Made by a program: the position numbers and the translations under genes. Below, piece after piece: positions 1 to 8,120 of a DNA stretch of 29,067 nucleotides. The notes beneath the pieces are model-generated. The model searched no databases. It worked only from the letters and a program-made list of their open reading frames with translations, and was not told the origin of the DNA. Every line of letters begins with the position of its first letter. Positions within the stretch are counted from its first letter, which is position 1. Source of the DNA: Bdellovibrionota bacterium (lineage in GTDB: Bacteria; Bdellovibrionota_C; UBA2361; JBGSMV01); NCBI GenBank assembly GCA_044356455.1, contig JBIKWF010000049.1:1-29067 (forward strand), written 5' to 3'.

Positions 1-133
1 TGCCGTCCTCCACGCCTGCCAATCCTCAAATCCGGACCCACCAACACTTCAAAAAACTTCTCCCATGCGCTTAACTTCAAGCCTTTTTAACTAAAATCCA
101 GCATAAAAACTGCAACTCACCAATATTGTTCGG

Positions 134-177
134 AAAGATTGATTTACTTAGACACAAAGATTGATTTACTTAGACAC
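134..177. repeat. Exact tandem 22-bp direct repeat (AAAGATTGATTTACTTAGACAC x2), possible transposon/Mu-like end
   Basis: Copies at 134-155 and 156-177. Minus strand reads (G)TGTCTAAGTAAATCAATCTTT twice. It sits exactly where lpxD similarity stops, and the sequence to the left is AT-richer. Confidence 0.9.
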
Positions 178-445
178 GATCTTTCACGAGAACCACATTC
201 TTCCCAGTGAGGTCGATGTCCTGGGCTTCAAGGGGCATGAGAACTGCATCTACTTTGCTGGCAGAGAGAGCTGAAGCGAGTGAGCGTTTGCGAGAGTTGC
301 TGATGAATGCGAGTGAGCGGGGAAGCGGCTCGGTAAGTGAGCATAACCCCATCACAATAAGCTCCGGATTGCCCCGAACCTCACCAAGAACTCGCTGGGC
401 TATGTCTTTTAAGGCGACTCCACCTTTGGGGGCTGCGGGGTACAT
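170..445 (-). pseudogene. lpxD: 5' fragment of UDP-3-O-acylglucosamine N-acyltransferase (LpxD N-terminal domain only), truncated
   Basis: LKDIAQRVLGEVRGNPELIVMGLCSL...SLAFISN...SKVDAVLM...VVLVKD matches the LpxD non-repeat N-terminal region. GGAG RBS precedes ATG 445. No hexapeptide repeats; the stop lies inside the 22-bp repeat. Confidence 0.75.
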
Positions 446-697
446 CGGCTACTCCATCAAAACATTGGACGTACAAGCATAGCATAACCTACCGTTGCTT
501 TAGTACCCGCCCTCCGCCCGCCAGGACAAAGTACCGAGGGAAGAGGGGCTTCGCCTGGAGTGCTATGCGCAAAGCTCGCGATGCTTCCGTTGAGTCACTA
601 ACTACTAATGTCATCTCGCCCATGGGCTGACCCCACTGCGCCGGGGTTTGGGGGGGGGGCAAGGCGCGAGGTAGGCGAAAGGCGGCCGGGCGTTCGC

Positions 698-745
698 TAA
701 TCGTGATTACTCACAGCCACTTCCAGCTGAGAGCAATCACGGTTA
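698..745. repeat. Imperfect 20-bp inverted repeat in the divergent lpxD/porin intergenic region
   Basis: TAATCGTGATTACTCACAGC-8 nt-GCTGAGAGCAATCACGGTTA, 17/20 complementary. Confidence 0.6.
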
Positions 746-806
746 CGCACGTATGCGAAACAATATACTGAGTCACACTTTTTTGCTCTATATGCCAAGC
801 GAGCCA

Positions 807-836
807 TTGACACGCCAAGGCCTGCCAATATATGTA
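807..836 (+). promoter_or_regulatory. Candidate sigma70 promoter for the porin operon
   Basis: Perfect TTGACA at 807-812; weak -10 candidates (TATATG/TATGTA) 16-18 nt downstream. Confidence 0.35.
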
Positions 837-921
837 CTGCTCGCCGATGCATTCATAGTTTGTCGTTAGCATTGGCCTTGTGCGTTTTATGTAATAGATT
901 TAACAAGTTAGAGATTTATTT

Positions 922-2154
922 ATGAGAATACACGGGAGCCGGAAGATAATCGGTGGAGTTTTGACAGCCGCTTGCTTGGTCGCCGCGGTAGAAGTGTCAG
1001 CTCAGCCAATGCCCAGTCAAGCCGAGATGTGGCGCATGCTCCAGGCTCAGCAAAAGCAAATTGAGGAGCTCACCAACAAGCTTAAAAAGACTGAGGAAAA
1101 GACTGAAGCCGTCGCGCAGGTGGTCGATTCTCAGGCCGCCCTGCCGTCCGCTCCCGCAAGCAGCGCTCCCAACTGGTATCAAAATACCCAGCTTGGCGGT
1201 TACGGCGAGCTTCATTACAACGGGGGAGACAAGGACGAAATCGACTTCCATCGGTTTGTGGCATTCATCAGTCATCAGTTCAGCGACCGAATCCGGCTGT
1301 ATTCAGAAGTTGAGCTTGAACACTCGATCGCAGGAGACGGGCAGAACGGTGAAGTTGAGTTAGAGCAAGCCTTCCTTGAATTCGATTTGTACGAATCGCA
1401 CCGTGCGAAGGCCGGTCTCTTTCTTTTGCCGATTGGTATTCTTAACGAGAAGCACGAGCCAACTACATTTTTTGGCGTCGAACGGAACCCGGTGGAGAAC
1501 AACATTATTCCGACCACATGGTGGGAAGCCGGCTTAGGAGCTAGCGGTGATATAACAGAGGGCTTCAAGTACGATCTTGCCTTTCACTCGGGCCTTGAAA
1601 CTGCCACGGAAGGAGAAAACGCCTACCGTGTGAGAAATGGCCGCCAGAAAGTCTCTGAGGCGCCTGCGGAAAACGGCGCAGTTACGGCCCGTGTAAAGTG
1701 GACGGGCATCAGTGGGATTGAGCTTGGGATGAGCGGCCAATATCAGCACGATGTAACGCAAGGCGGGGTTGAAGACGGAGTTGAAGCAATTCTCCTGGTC
1801 GGGCATGCCGACATTAGAAAGGGGCCGTTTGGATTCCGCGCGCTCTACGCACAGTGGGACCTTGATGGGGAAGCACCTGAAGCGCTCGGCCGCGACAAAC
1901 AGGACGGATGGTACGTAGAGCCCGCGTACTATTTCGAAACTGGGATCGGTGACTTCGGTGTTTTTGGCCGCTACAATGAGTATGATAACGAATCTGGGGG
2001 CGGCGCTGATAGCAAGTTTGAGCAGATCGATGTGGGTCTCAACTATTGGCCGCATCAGAATGTAGTGCTCAAATTTGACTATGCCTTCCTTGAGGCTCCC
2101 GAAGGCGGCAAGGATGATGACATTCTGAATCTAGGCGTTGGTTTTAATTTTTAA
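922..2154 (+). CDS. Outer-membrane porin (OprO/OprP-like) with N-terminal coiled coil
   Basis: Signal peptide (..EVSA), coiled-coil QQKQIEELTNKLKK, alternating beta-strand pattern (LGGYGELHY, ELEQAFLEF), C-terminal GVGFNF BAM signature. Confidence 0.85.
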   Translation: MRIHGSRKIIGGVLTAACLVAAVEVSAQPMPSQAEMWRMLQAQQKQIEELTNKLKKTEEKTEAVAQVVDSQAALPSAPASSAPNWYQNTQLGGYGELHYNGGDKDEIDFHRFVAFISHQFSDRIRLYSEVELEHSIAGDGQNGEVELEQAFLEFDLYESHRAKAGLFLLPIGILNEKHEPTTFFGVERNPVENNIIPTTWWEAGLGASGDITEGFKYDLAFHSGLETATEGENAYRVRNGRQKVSEAPAENGAVTARVKWTGISGIELGMSGQYQHDVTQGGVEDGVEAILLVGHADIRKGPFGFRALYAQWDLDGEAPEALGRDKQDGWYVEPAYYFETGIGDFGVFGRYNEYDNESGGGADSKFEQIDVGLNYWPHQNVVLKFDYAFLEAPEGGKDDDILNLGVGFNF

Positions 2155-2168
2155 TCGGCCTGTGGTTT

Positions 2169-2225
2169 TCGCCCCCGAGGTACCTGTTGTCCAGAGAGTT
2201 TTCTGGTCAAGTACCTCGGGGGCGA
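2169..2225 (+). other. Strong intra-operon stem-loop after the porin gene
   Basis: Perfect 15-bp inverted repeat TCGCCCCCGAGGTAC (2169-2183) / GTACCTCGGGGGCGA (2211-2225) with inner CCAGA/TCTGG stem; no downstream U-tract. Confidence 0.7.
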
Positions 2226-2244
2226 GACTGTAAATACGGAAGGT

Positions 2245-2766
2245 ATGTGGCGCGCTGTTTGTATTATTTTTATTGGATGCTGGCTGCAGTTCCCTGCACC
2301 TGCTTTTACTGATCAGGTGTATCAGCAGCCCGCTGAGTTTCTTAAAGAAGTCTTTAACGGAACTATTCCGCCTGCCGCACTTCTCGACATTACTGGAGAG
2401 CGCCGTGCCAAGGTTACGGAAATACTGGACCATCAACCTAACTACTTACGGATGCGGTATTGGCGAAGCGGGGAACGGAGCGCCTGGGTGCTCGAGGAAA
2501 TTGGAAAGGTAAAGCCGATCACCACTGGAATCATCATCAGCGGCACCGAAATTGAGGACGTTCGTATACTCATATACCGGGAGAGTCATGGAGGTGAAGT
2601 GCGCCATCGATATTTTACCAAGCAGTTCGCTGGGGCAAAGCTCGAACCTAAGTTAGCATTGTCAAAGAATGTTGACGGCATTTCGGGAGCAACTCTTTCG
2701 GTTAATGCCATTCGGCGCTTGGCCCGCGTTGCGCTCTTCTTGCATAATGAATCGGGTAAATCGTGA
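2245..2766 (+). CDS. Exported FMN-binding (flavinylated) protein
   Basis: Signal peptide; VDGISGATLS carries the [S/T]GA[S/T] ApbE flavinylation motif; YRESHGGEV motif typical of the family. Confidence 0.88.
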   Translation: MWRAVCIIFIGCWLQFPAPAFTDQVYQQPAEFLKEVFNGTIPPAALLDITGERRAKVTEILDHQPNYLRMRYWRSGERSAWVLEEIGKVKPITTGIIISGTEIEDVRILIYRESHGGEVRHRYFTKQFAGAKLEPKLALSKNVDGISGATLSVNAIRRLARVALFLHNESGKS

Positions 2767-3518
2767 CAAGTTCCTCGTTTCGCCGTAACTCTCTCAAGCT
2801 TTCATACCGGTTGCATCGGACTATCGGTCTCTGTATCGCCCTGCCTATCCTTGTTATCGCGGTAACCGGAATACTTTTGAATCATTCCGTCGCACTTAAG
2901 TTAAACGACCTCTTCATTACTAATCAATTAGTCCTCTCGTGGTACAACCTCGTTCCTCGCACGCCTGCGCAGGGCGCCCAGACAAATAAGCATTGGTTTG
3001 TCGTAGTAGAGGATCTTCTTTATTGTGACGCCGTTAGGCTCTCTGAGATATCAGGGACTCTCAGAGGCGCGGCGGTTCTTAGAGACATCTCAGTGGTCGC
3101 CACCACTGCTGAATTGATTGTGGTGGCTCCGGATTGTAATTCCGTTGTCGAAAAACTTGGCCCCGAGTCTCTTCCTGCGGGGGAGATAAAGGCAATCGAA
3201 GCCGCGGGCGATCGCTTCTTCGTTGAGACTTCTTCCGGAGTGTATGAAAGCCCGCCGTCTCTCGCCAATTTCCAGATTTCCAGCCGTTCCCCTTTGGCTT
3301 CTCGCGAGCCCGGATCGCCCCCGCCGGAAATTTTGGAGAGAGTCCTGGATGACTGGCGGCAACGGGGAATTAGTGCGTGGCGCGTCATAATAGATATGCA
3401 TAGCGGCGCGATATTCGGTCGGTTTGGGTCCCTTATAGGCGATGTTGCCGCGCTAGCCCTTATCGCCCTTGTATGGAGTGGATGGTATAATTCCAGGCGA
3501 AAGAGAGCCGTGCGATGA
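2763..3518 (+). CDS. PepSY-associated TM-helix membrane protein (putative heme b reductase)
   Basis: RLHRTIGL...TGILLNH N-terminal TM and IDMHSG...C-terminal TM with conserved His; GTGA overlap with the upstream gene. Confidence 0.85.
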   Translation: MTSSSFRRNSLKLSYRLHRTIGLCIALPILVIAVTGILLNHSVALKLNDLFITNQLVLSWYNLVPRTPAQGAQTNKHWFVVVEDLLYCDAVRLSEISGTLRGAAVLRDISVVATTAELIVVAPDCNSVVEKLGPESLPAGEIKAIEAAGDRFFVETSSGVYESPPSLANFQISSRSPLASREPGSPPPEILERVLDDWRQRGISAWRVIIDMHSGAIFGRFGSLIGDVAALALIALVWSGWYNSRRKRAVR

Positions 3519-4489
3519 AAGGTAGTAAGACTTTCAGCCGGCGGCGGTTTTTGAAAATCATGGCAGCCTCCTCGGCCGCGGTGTTCCCTCATTCATTTTG
3601 CTATGCCAGTGAGCCCGGGCTTTCACCGCTGTATTCCCGCGAATGGCGCGGCACAGTGATGGGGGCGGAAGCTAGCCTGCGTTTCAATGTGGAACGAGAA
3701 GAAGATGCTAAACACCTCGAGCGCCTTTGTCTGACTGAGATCCAGCGCCTCGAAGAGATTTTTAGTCTTCATAGAGCGGGCTCTTCGCTTCGCACTCTCA
3801 ATCGCCAAGGATTTTTGCAAGACCCAGAGCCTGAGCTTGTTGAGTTGCTAACGGAATCAATTCGCTTCGGAGATCTGTCTCGCGGCCGGTTCGACGTCTC
3901 TATTCAGCCGCTTTGGAAATATCTCTACTATCAAGACGGTGAGCCAGAAGCTCAACGGGTAGAGGAGCTTAAAAGGCTCATCGATTTCCGGGCGATCTCG
4001 GTCGCGGCCGATCGAGTCTCTTTTGCCCAAAAGGGAATGGAAGTTACTCTCAATGGTATCGCACAGGGATTCATCACCGATAAAATTGCCACTTTGCTGC
4101 GTGCGGCAGGGCAGCAGAGTGTTTTAGTGGAGCTGGGAGAGACTTATGCCTTGGGACGGAATCTCTACGGAGAGCCTTGGCAGATAGGTATTCGCAATCC
4201 ACTTCGGAACAACGATGGCGAGTTGTTCGCGGCAGTTTCCCTTGAGAATAAGGCTATCGCCACTTCAGGCGGATATGGCATGCCCTTAGGTCAGGTCGGC
4301 CAAAATCATATTTTGGATCCTAATACGGGACAGAGCCCTACTTTTTTCCAAAGTGTCTCAGTGATCTCTCCCCGGGCAACCTGGGCAGACGGCCTTTCAA
4401 CTGCACTTTATCTTATGCCGCGAGAAGAGCATGCGCTGCTTACCAATTCGTTCCCAGAGACCTTTACTGTTATCAATCCTGTAGGATGA
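3515..4489 (+). CDS. apbE: FAD:protein FMN transferase with Tat signal
   Basis: SRRRFLK Tat motif; MGAEASL, FDVSIQPL, LNGIAQGF, AIATSG, HILDP, ADGLSTA motifs; ATGA overlap. Confidence 0.93.
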   Translation: MKGSKTFSRRRFLKIMAASSAAVFPHSFCYASEPGLSPLYSREWRGTVMGAEASLRFNVEREEDAKHLERLCLTEIQRLEEIFSLHRAGSSLRTLNRQGFLQDPEPELVELLTESIRFGDLSRGRFDVSIQPLWKYLYYQDGEPEAQRVEELKRLIDFRAISVAADRVSFAQKGMEVTLNGIAQGFITDKIATLLRAAGQQSVLVELGETYALGRNLYGEPWQIGIRNPLRNNDGELFAAVSLENKAIATSGGYGMPLGQVGQNHILDPNTGQSPTFFQSVSVISPRATWADGLSTALYLMPREEHALLTNSFPETFTVINPVG

Positions 4490-4506
4490 GCCAGTAGGAT
4501 AACTAG

Positions 4507-4640
4507 GGAGCCTCTGAGGAACCCCTCGGCTCTCTTTGCTGAGGGGGAATGTCCAGCGTGCACTTTTCGTCCTTTTCGCGCAGCAAAGAGGGATCCAGAG
4601 CCTTGTTAAGGACCCCCGGTCATTAGGGGTCCTCGGAAGC
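4507..4640. mobile_element. Degenerate member of the IS5-like MITE family
   Basis: CTAG (4503-4506) followed by GGAGCCTCTGAGGAACCCC, similar to the 14614 left end; eroded right end GGGGTCCTCGGAAGCCTCT; internal CTCTTTGCTG/CAGCAAAGAG hairpin. Confidence 0.45.
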
Positions 4641-4813
4641 CTCTGCACGAGTTGCAACTACCTGAAATGAAGAATCATATAGTCTATCGCTCGCGACGGA
4701 GCGGGGAGGGTGGGTGCACCAAGAGTACTCCGAAATGTAGTATCAGTGATATGAGACATGGCGTTCAGTTCTGGTCATAATAAATGCGGAGTCATTTTGG
4801 TTGGAGCGAATAG

Positions 4814-5538
4814 GTGGGAGATCTTATAGAGGCACGTCCCCGACCGGCTTTTGGTGGCACGGAGGTCGCGAGGCTCCCTTTTGGCCCACCGGCACTTCAC
4901 GCTCGCATTGGAGAGAGGGAACTTGAATTACGCTGGCCTTGCTCGACAGAAACTACGCTCCTTGAGGGTATTCTCTTCAACCCTATCGAGGAGGCGGAGG
5001 CAGTGCAGGGGAGTATCGCCCCACTTCATTTGTTGATGTTGGATGTGGAGATGGCAACCTTACGCGCGCCATGGCGCGGAGCTGGGGCCTCTCGCCTGAT
5101 GCGGCAATTGGAGTTGAGCTTTTCCTAAGGCCGGATACGACCTTTAGTGATGTTACTCTTGTTCCTTTCGATGGGAAGCGATTGCCGTTCCCGGATGCCT
5201 CACAAGAGTTTGTGACGCTCTTTATGGTGCTCCACCACGCTCAGGATCCTCAGGAGCTTATAAACGAGATTAGCCGAGTACTAGGGCCTGGTGGGAGAGT
5301 GTTGGTACGGGACCACGATACTGCCTCTCAGGATGAGGGGCTTTTCTTTGAGCTTACGGATCGTCTCTTTTATTCAGTGTTTCATCAGTATCCTGATATT
5401 CCGATTCCTGGGAATTATCTTTCTCATTCAGCGTGGAGTGCGGCTTTTGAAAAGGCAGGCTTTGCGAGTGAGAAGGTGGCGCGGCTTGAACCTGAGAGTG
5501 CCTTTTCGCCGTTTTTTGCCTTGTATTCTAAGCGGTAG
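4814..5538 (+). pseudogene. Class I SAM-dependent methyltransferase with apparent frameshift near 4963-4980
   Basis: The frame of ORF 5071-5538 extends upstream through motif I (FVDVGCGDG, 5029-5055) to a TGA at 4963-4965 with no in-frame ATG/GTG/TTG. Downstream motifs FDGKRLPF, MVLHH, LGPGGRVLVRDH. RBS-preceded starts exist only in other frames (GTG 4814, TTG 4923). Confidence 0.7.
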
Positions 5539-5633
5539 GGCGCCTTGTTTTCGCGCTGCCAATCGGGGACGGCGAGACAAGCTTGGGGTAACGCGAGATG
5601 CGGGGGCGTTCGCAAGATCGTTCGCCGCCCTAT
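5535..5633. repeat. Degenerate GTAG-type REP pair
   Basis: GTAGGGCG at 5535 and inverted CGCCCTAT ending 5633; same ends as the REPs at 26085-26334. Confidence 0.45.
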
Positions 5634-5637
5634 TATT

Positions 5638-5778
5638 GAATGTCTGAAGAACCCACCTCTGTGTACCTCCGGGCCCTCTGTGGTGAAATTCTCTTCATGA
5701 AATTCACCACAGAGGACACAAAGGTACACAGAGGTGTATTAAGGTGTATTAAGTAGGGAGTTTTTTTTAGAGATTCCC
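5638..5778. mobile_element. IS5-like MITE carrying an 83-bp palindrome (5654-5736)
   Basis: CACCTCTGTGTACCTCCGGGCCCTCTGTGGTGAAATT...AATTCACCACAGAGGACACAAAGGTACACAGAGGTG; right end GGGAGTTTTTTTTAGAGATTCC; eroded left end GAATGTCTGAAGAACCC; closely similar palindrome at 27809-27890. Confidence 0.7.
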
Positions 5779-5784
5779 TTATGC

Positions 5785-6384
5785 TTAGGCCTGCCCCTTC
5801 AAATAGCCATCAAGTCCCGAAAGATCTAACTTTTCCGCCAGCGCTTTCAAGGCTGATGCTTGGGCACCTGAACTTTGTTCGAGCTTTAGCATTGACCCGG
5901 ACTCTAGAAAGATAGTGAGTTCCGCGCTGTCGGATCCTTCTTGTTGGGTAAGGGTCGCGGTGCGGCCGGCGATTCTGAAGGATTCTTGTCCCGCTTGTTC
6001 GCCGAACATGGCCGCCATTTTTCCAAGAGCTGCAAGCCCCCCAAGCCCTTGCCCGCCGCCTGACTCGCCAGCGAGTGAGAGTCGTACGGTGTTTTCGCCT
6101 TTCGAGTACGTGCGCTCAATATTGGTAAAGCCTAGGGCACTATTGGTTTCGAATTTTCCGCCGGAGAAATCGCCAAGCTTGCTAGGGAAGAAAGATTGCA
6201 GTTTTTCTCTGTGCAGCTTCTCAAGCTCTTTGCGAGCCCAGCCAAGTTCTTCAAGTGCTTTCGAATAATTCTTCTTCGTGACCTGCTCGTTAACCTTAGT
6301 GAAGATTTCGTTTAGGTCTTCTGCGAAGACTGGTGATGCTGCCAGAAGGAGAGAGGAGAGGGAGAGAAGAAGGTGGCGTTTCAT
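5785..6384 (-). CDS. Secreted hypothetical protein
   Basis: Clear Sec signal (MKRHLLLSLSSLLLAASPVFA), AAGGA RBS, 199 aa; no function recognised. Confidence 0.85.
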   Translation of the reverse strand: MKRHLLLSLSSLLLAASPVFAEDLNEIFTKVNEQVTKKNYSKALEELGWARKELEKLHREKLQSFFPSKLGDFSGGKFETNSALGFTNIERTYSKGENTVRLSLAGESGGGQGLGGLAALGKMAAMFGEQAGQESFRIAGRTATLTQQEGSDSAELTIFLESGSMLKLEQSSGAQASALKALAEKLDLSGLDGYLKGQA

Positions 6385-6589
6385 AGCGAGTTTTCCTTAT
6401 TGAGGTCAGGCGACCCTTTAGGAGAGTACGCCCAAAGAAATTTTTTGCAAAATAAAAAATATCGGAAAGTGGCAATTTTTTCAAATAAAACCAGATTGTT
6501 ACAGGCGACTCCCTGTGTGATTGTTAAGACTTTGCCCGCTGGAAAGGCGTCATAACTCCTATACAAAGTTCGCCTTCTAAGGAGCGCCC

Positions 6590-7603
6590 GTGAGTGAAGA
6601 GTTTGCCCTAGTTCGTCGGCCTGTACGCGAAGAGCTTAAGGTAATGATTCCAAGAAGTCATGCGCTCATGCACATAGAACAGGCCCTGGGCGCAGCCTTT
6701 GCTCGCCTTTCAAGGGGAGAACTCCCCGTTAACGGCCCCGTTCGGGAGGCGATAGAGGCGCGCTGCGAGAATGTACTTCGCATGACCGTTCCGTTGTTCT
6801 CTCGGATGTACGTGACAGCCTGTGAGCTCTCCAGCTCTGGAAAGCTTTCCGATTCCCAATTGATTAGTGGGGCGCCAGAGCGGCTTGATTCAGTTCTCGG
6901 CAAGCAGGCTAGCTTAAATGCGAATTTGAAAGATAAGCGGTTTGAGCAGGAAGCGCTTGAGGAGGTTGAAAAGATCAAGGGCCCCGAAGTTCCGAGTGAT
7001 CAGTTTGTCAATTTTGCGAAAATTGGTTTGGATCAAATTGGAGAAATTGCTCGTATAGAAGCTCTTAAAACCCGCCACCAAGTGAATGGAGTAGGGGACG
7101 TCTCGCCTCAGTTCGAGCAGTGTATGAGGACGTTCGCTCAGGATGTTAAGCTTCTTGGGGTGCCTGATGATTTTTGTTTCGATGCGCCGAGGCCAGATAC
7201 CAATGATGTTGCTGAGCAGACAAAGCTTCTTTCAGCGATGGCCTACCTTGGAGTGCAAAGATATGCGGTAACTGGACGCAGCGATCTCCTCGCGGGGTAC
7301 TTCCGTTCTTGCCGCGTTCTTATTGAAAGCCATACCGTAGCCCCCGCAAGTCTCAATCTCCCTCAAGCCTTGGAAGGGGCGCTGCAGATTCAGGCACTAG
7401 GAGAGGCTGTTGTCGCGCAGTCCATGGGACGCCCAGCTTGGACCCCCCCGTTTCCGGATATTCGACTGGACGCTAAGAAGTTTCGTGAGCAATTGCATGC
7501 TGCCATTGGTCTTATTCAGCGGCCTCAGGTTAATGCGAGTCCGTCTGGTGCTCTTCAGCCGCTGGAGCCGACTCATTTGGCAGCGGCGAGCGCCGAAGTT
7601 TAA
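6590..7603 (+). CDS. Hypothetical, mostly helical cytoplasmic protein
   Basis: 337-aa ORF with TAAGGAG RBS before GTG; no recognised motif. Confidence 0.75.
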   Translation: MSEEFALVRRPVREELKVMIPRSHALMHIEQALGAAFARLSRGELPVNGPVREAIEARCENVLRMTVPLFSRMYVTACELSSSGKLSDSQLISGAPERLDSVLGKQASLNANLKDKRFEQEALEEVEKIKGPEVPSDQFVNFAKIGLDQIGEIARIEALKTRHQVNGVGDVSPQFEQCMRTFAQDVKLLGVPDDFCFDAPRPDTNDVAEQTKLLSAMAYLGVQRYAVTGRSDLLAGYFRSCRVLIESHTVAPASLNLPQALEGALQIQALGEAVVAQSMGRPAWTPPFPDIRLDAKKFREQLHAAIGLIQRPQVNASPSGALQPLEPTHLAAASAEV

Positions 7604-7622
7604 AAGAATCCCTGAGGAGCTT

Positions 7623-8120
7623 TTATTTGCTCTTACGCCTCAGCACCCACGGCACCATCATACTAATCGCCACCGACCCCGCGAATGCAATGGTCCCAAA
7701 TCCCAGGTGCGCCTCGCTGCCCCCTGGAAGCCGCTTCACTGCTACCACAATCAGTGCGAGCACGAGCACATCGAGCATGGAATACTTCCCAAGGCGCTCA
7801 ACTAACGAAAGCGCGGGGTGAGGCCCGTGTAAATCCCCGTACTGAGTGGAGGCTTCGTCCACCGCTTGCCATAACACGCAGAGTTTAAGCAGGGGAAACA
7901 GCACGGAAAATACCGCGAGAAGGAGGGAGATAGCGTACTCCCCGTTTTTGAAGAGCGCAGCTATGCCTGAAAGAATTGAAAATGTTTGGAGGTCAGCAAA
8001 CGTGGGGCGCACGAGGAGAATAAAATTCGTGTACTCTCCGGCTCCTGGTCTAAGGATAAGACAGGGAGCTACGAGGCCCAATCCTAGAAGAATCGCGGCA
8101 AGGCTTATCAGCGCTTTCAT
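7623..8120 (-). CDS. Single-domain PqiA-like membrane protein
   Basis: FSILSGI..LF, FSVLFPLLKL and LGKYSMLDVLVLALIV match the PqiA/LetA membrane domain; no Zn ribbon, half length. Confidence 0.8.
   Translation of the reverse strand: MKALISLAAILLGLGLVAPCLILRPGAGEYTNFILLVRPTFADLQTFSILSGIAALFKNGEYAISLLLAVFSVLFPLLKLCVLWQAVDEASTQYGDLHGPHPALSLVERLGKYSMLDVLVLALIVVAVKRLPGGSEAHLGFGTIAFAGSVAISMMVPWVLRRKSK

Noticed and set aside
134..177. CRISPR array
   Set aside because: Two abutting repeats with no spacer, and no cas genes in the window.
480..921. Riboswitch or Fur box upstream of the porin; TGAGTCAC seen twice (near 591 and 769)
   Set aside because: No recognisable FMN, cobalamin or TPP consensus and no Fur 19-mer; two 8-mers are weak evidence. 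An Rfam scan would settle it.
4924..4965. Selenocysteine or alternative-code readthrough of TGA in the methyltransferase frame
   Set aside because: Two TGAs would need readthrough, neither is in a redox motif, and TGA is a normal stop for other genes here.
5424..5729. 101-aa minus-strand ORF with LCVLCG (apparent CxxC)
   Set aside because: It is a translation of the palindromic repeat and overlaps the methyltransferase antisense.
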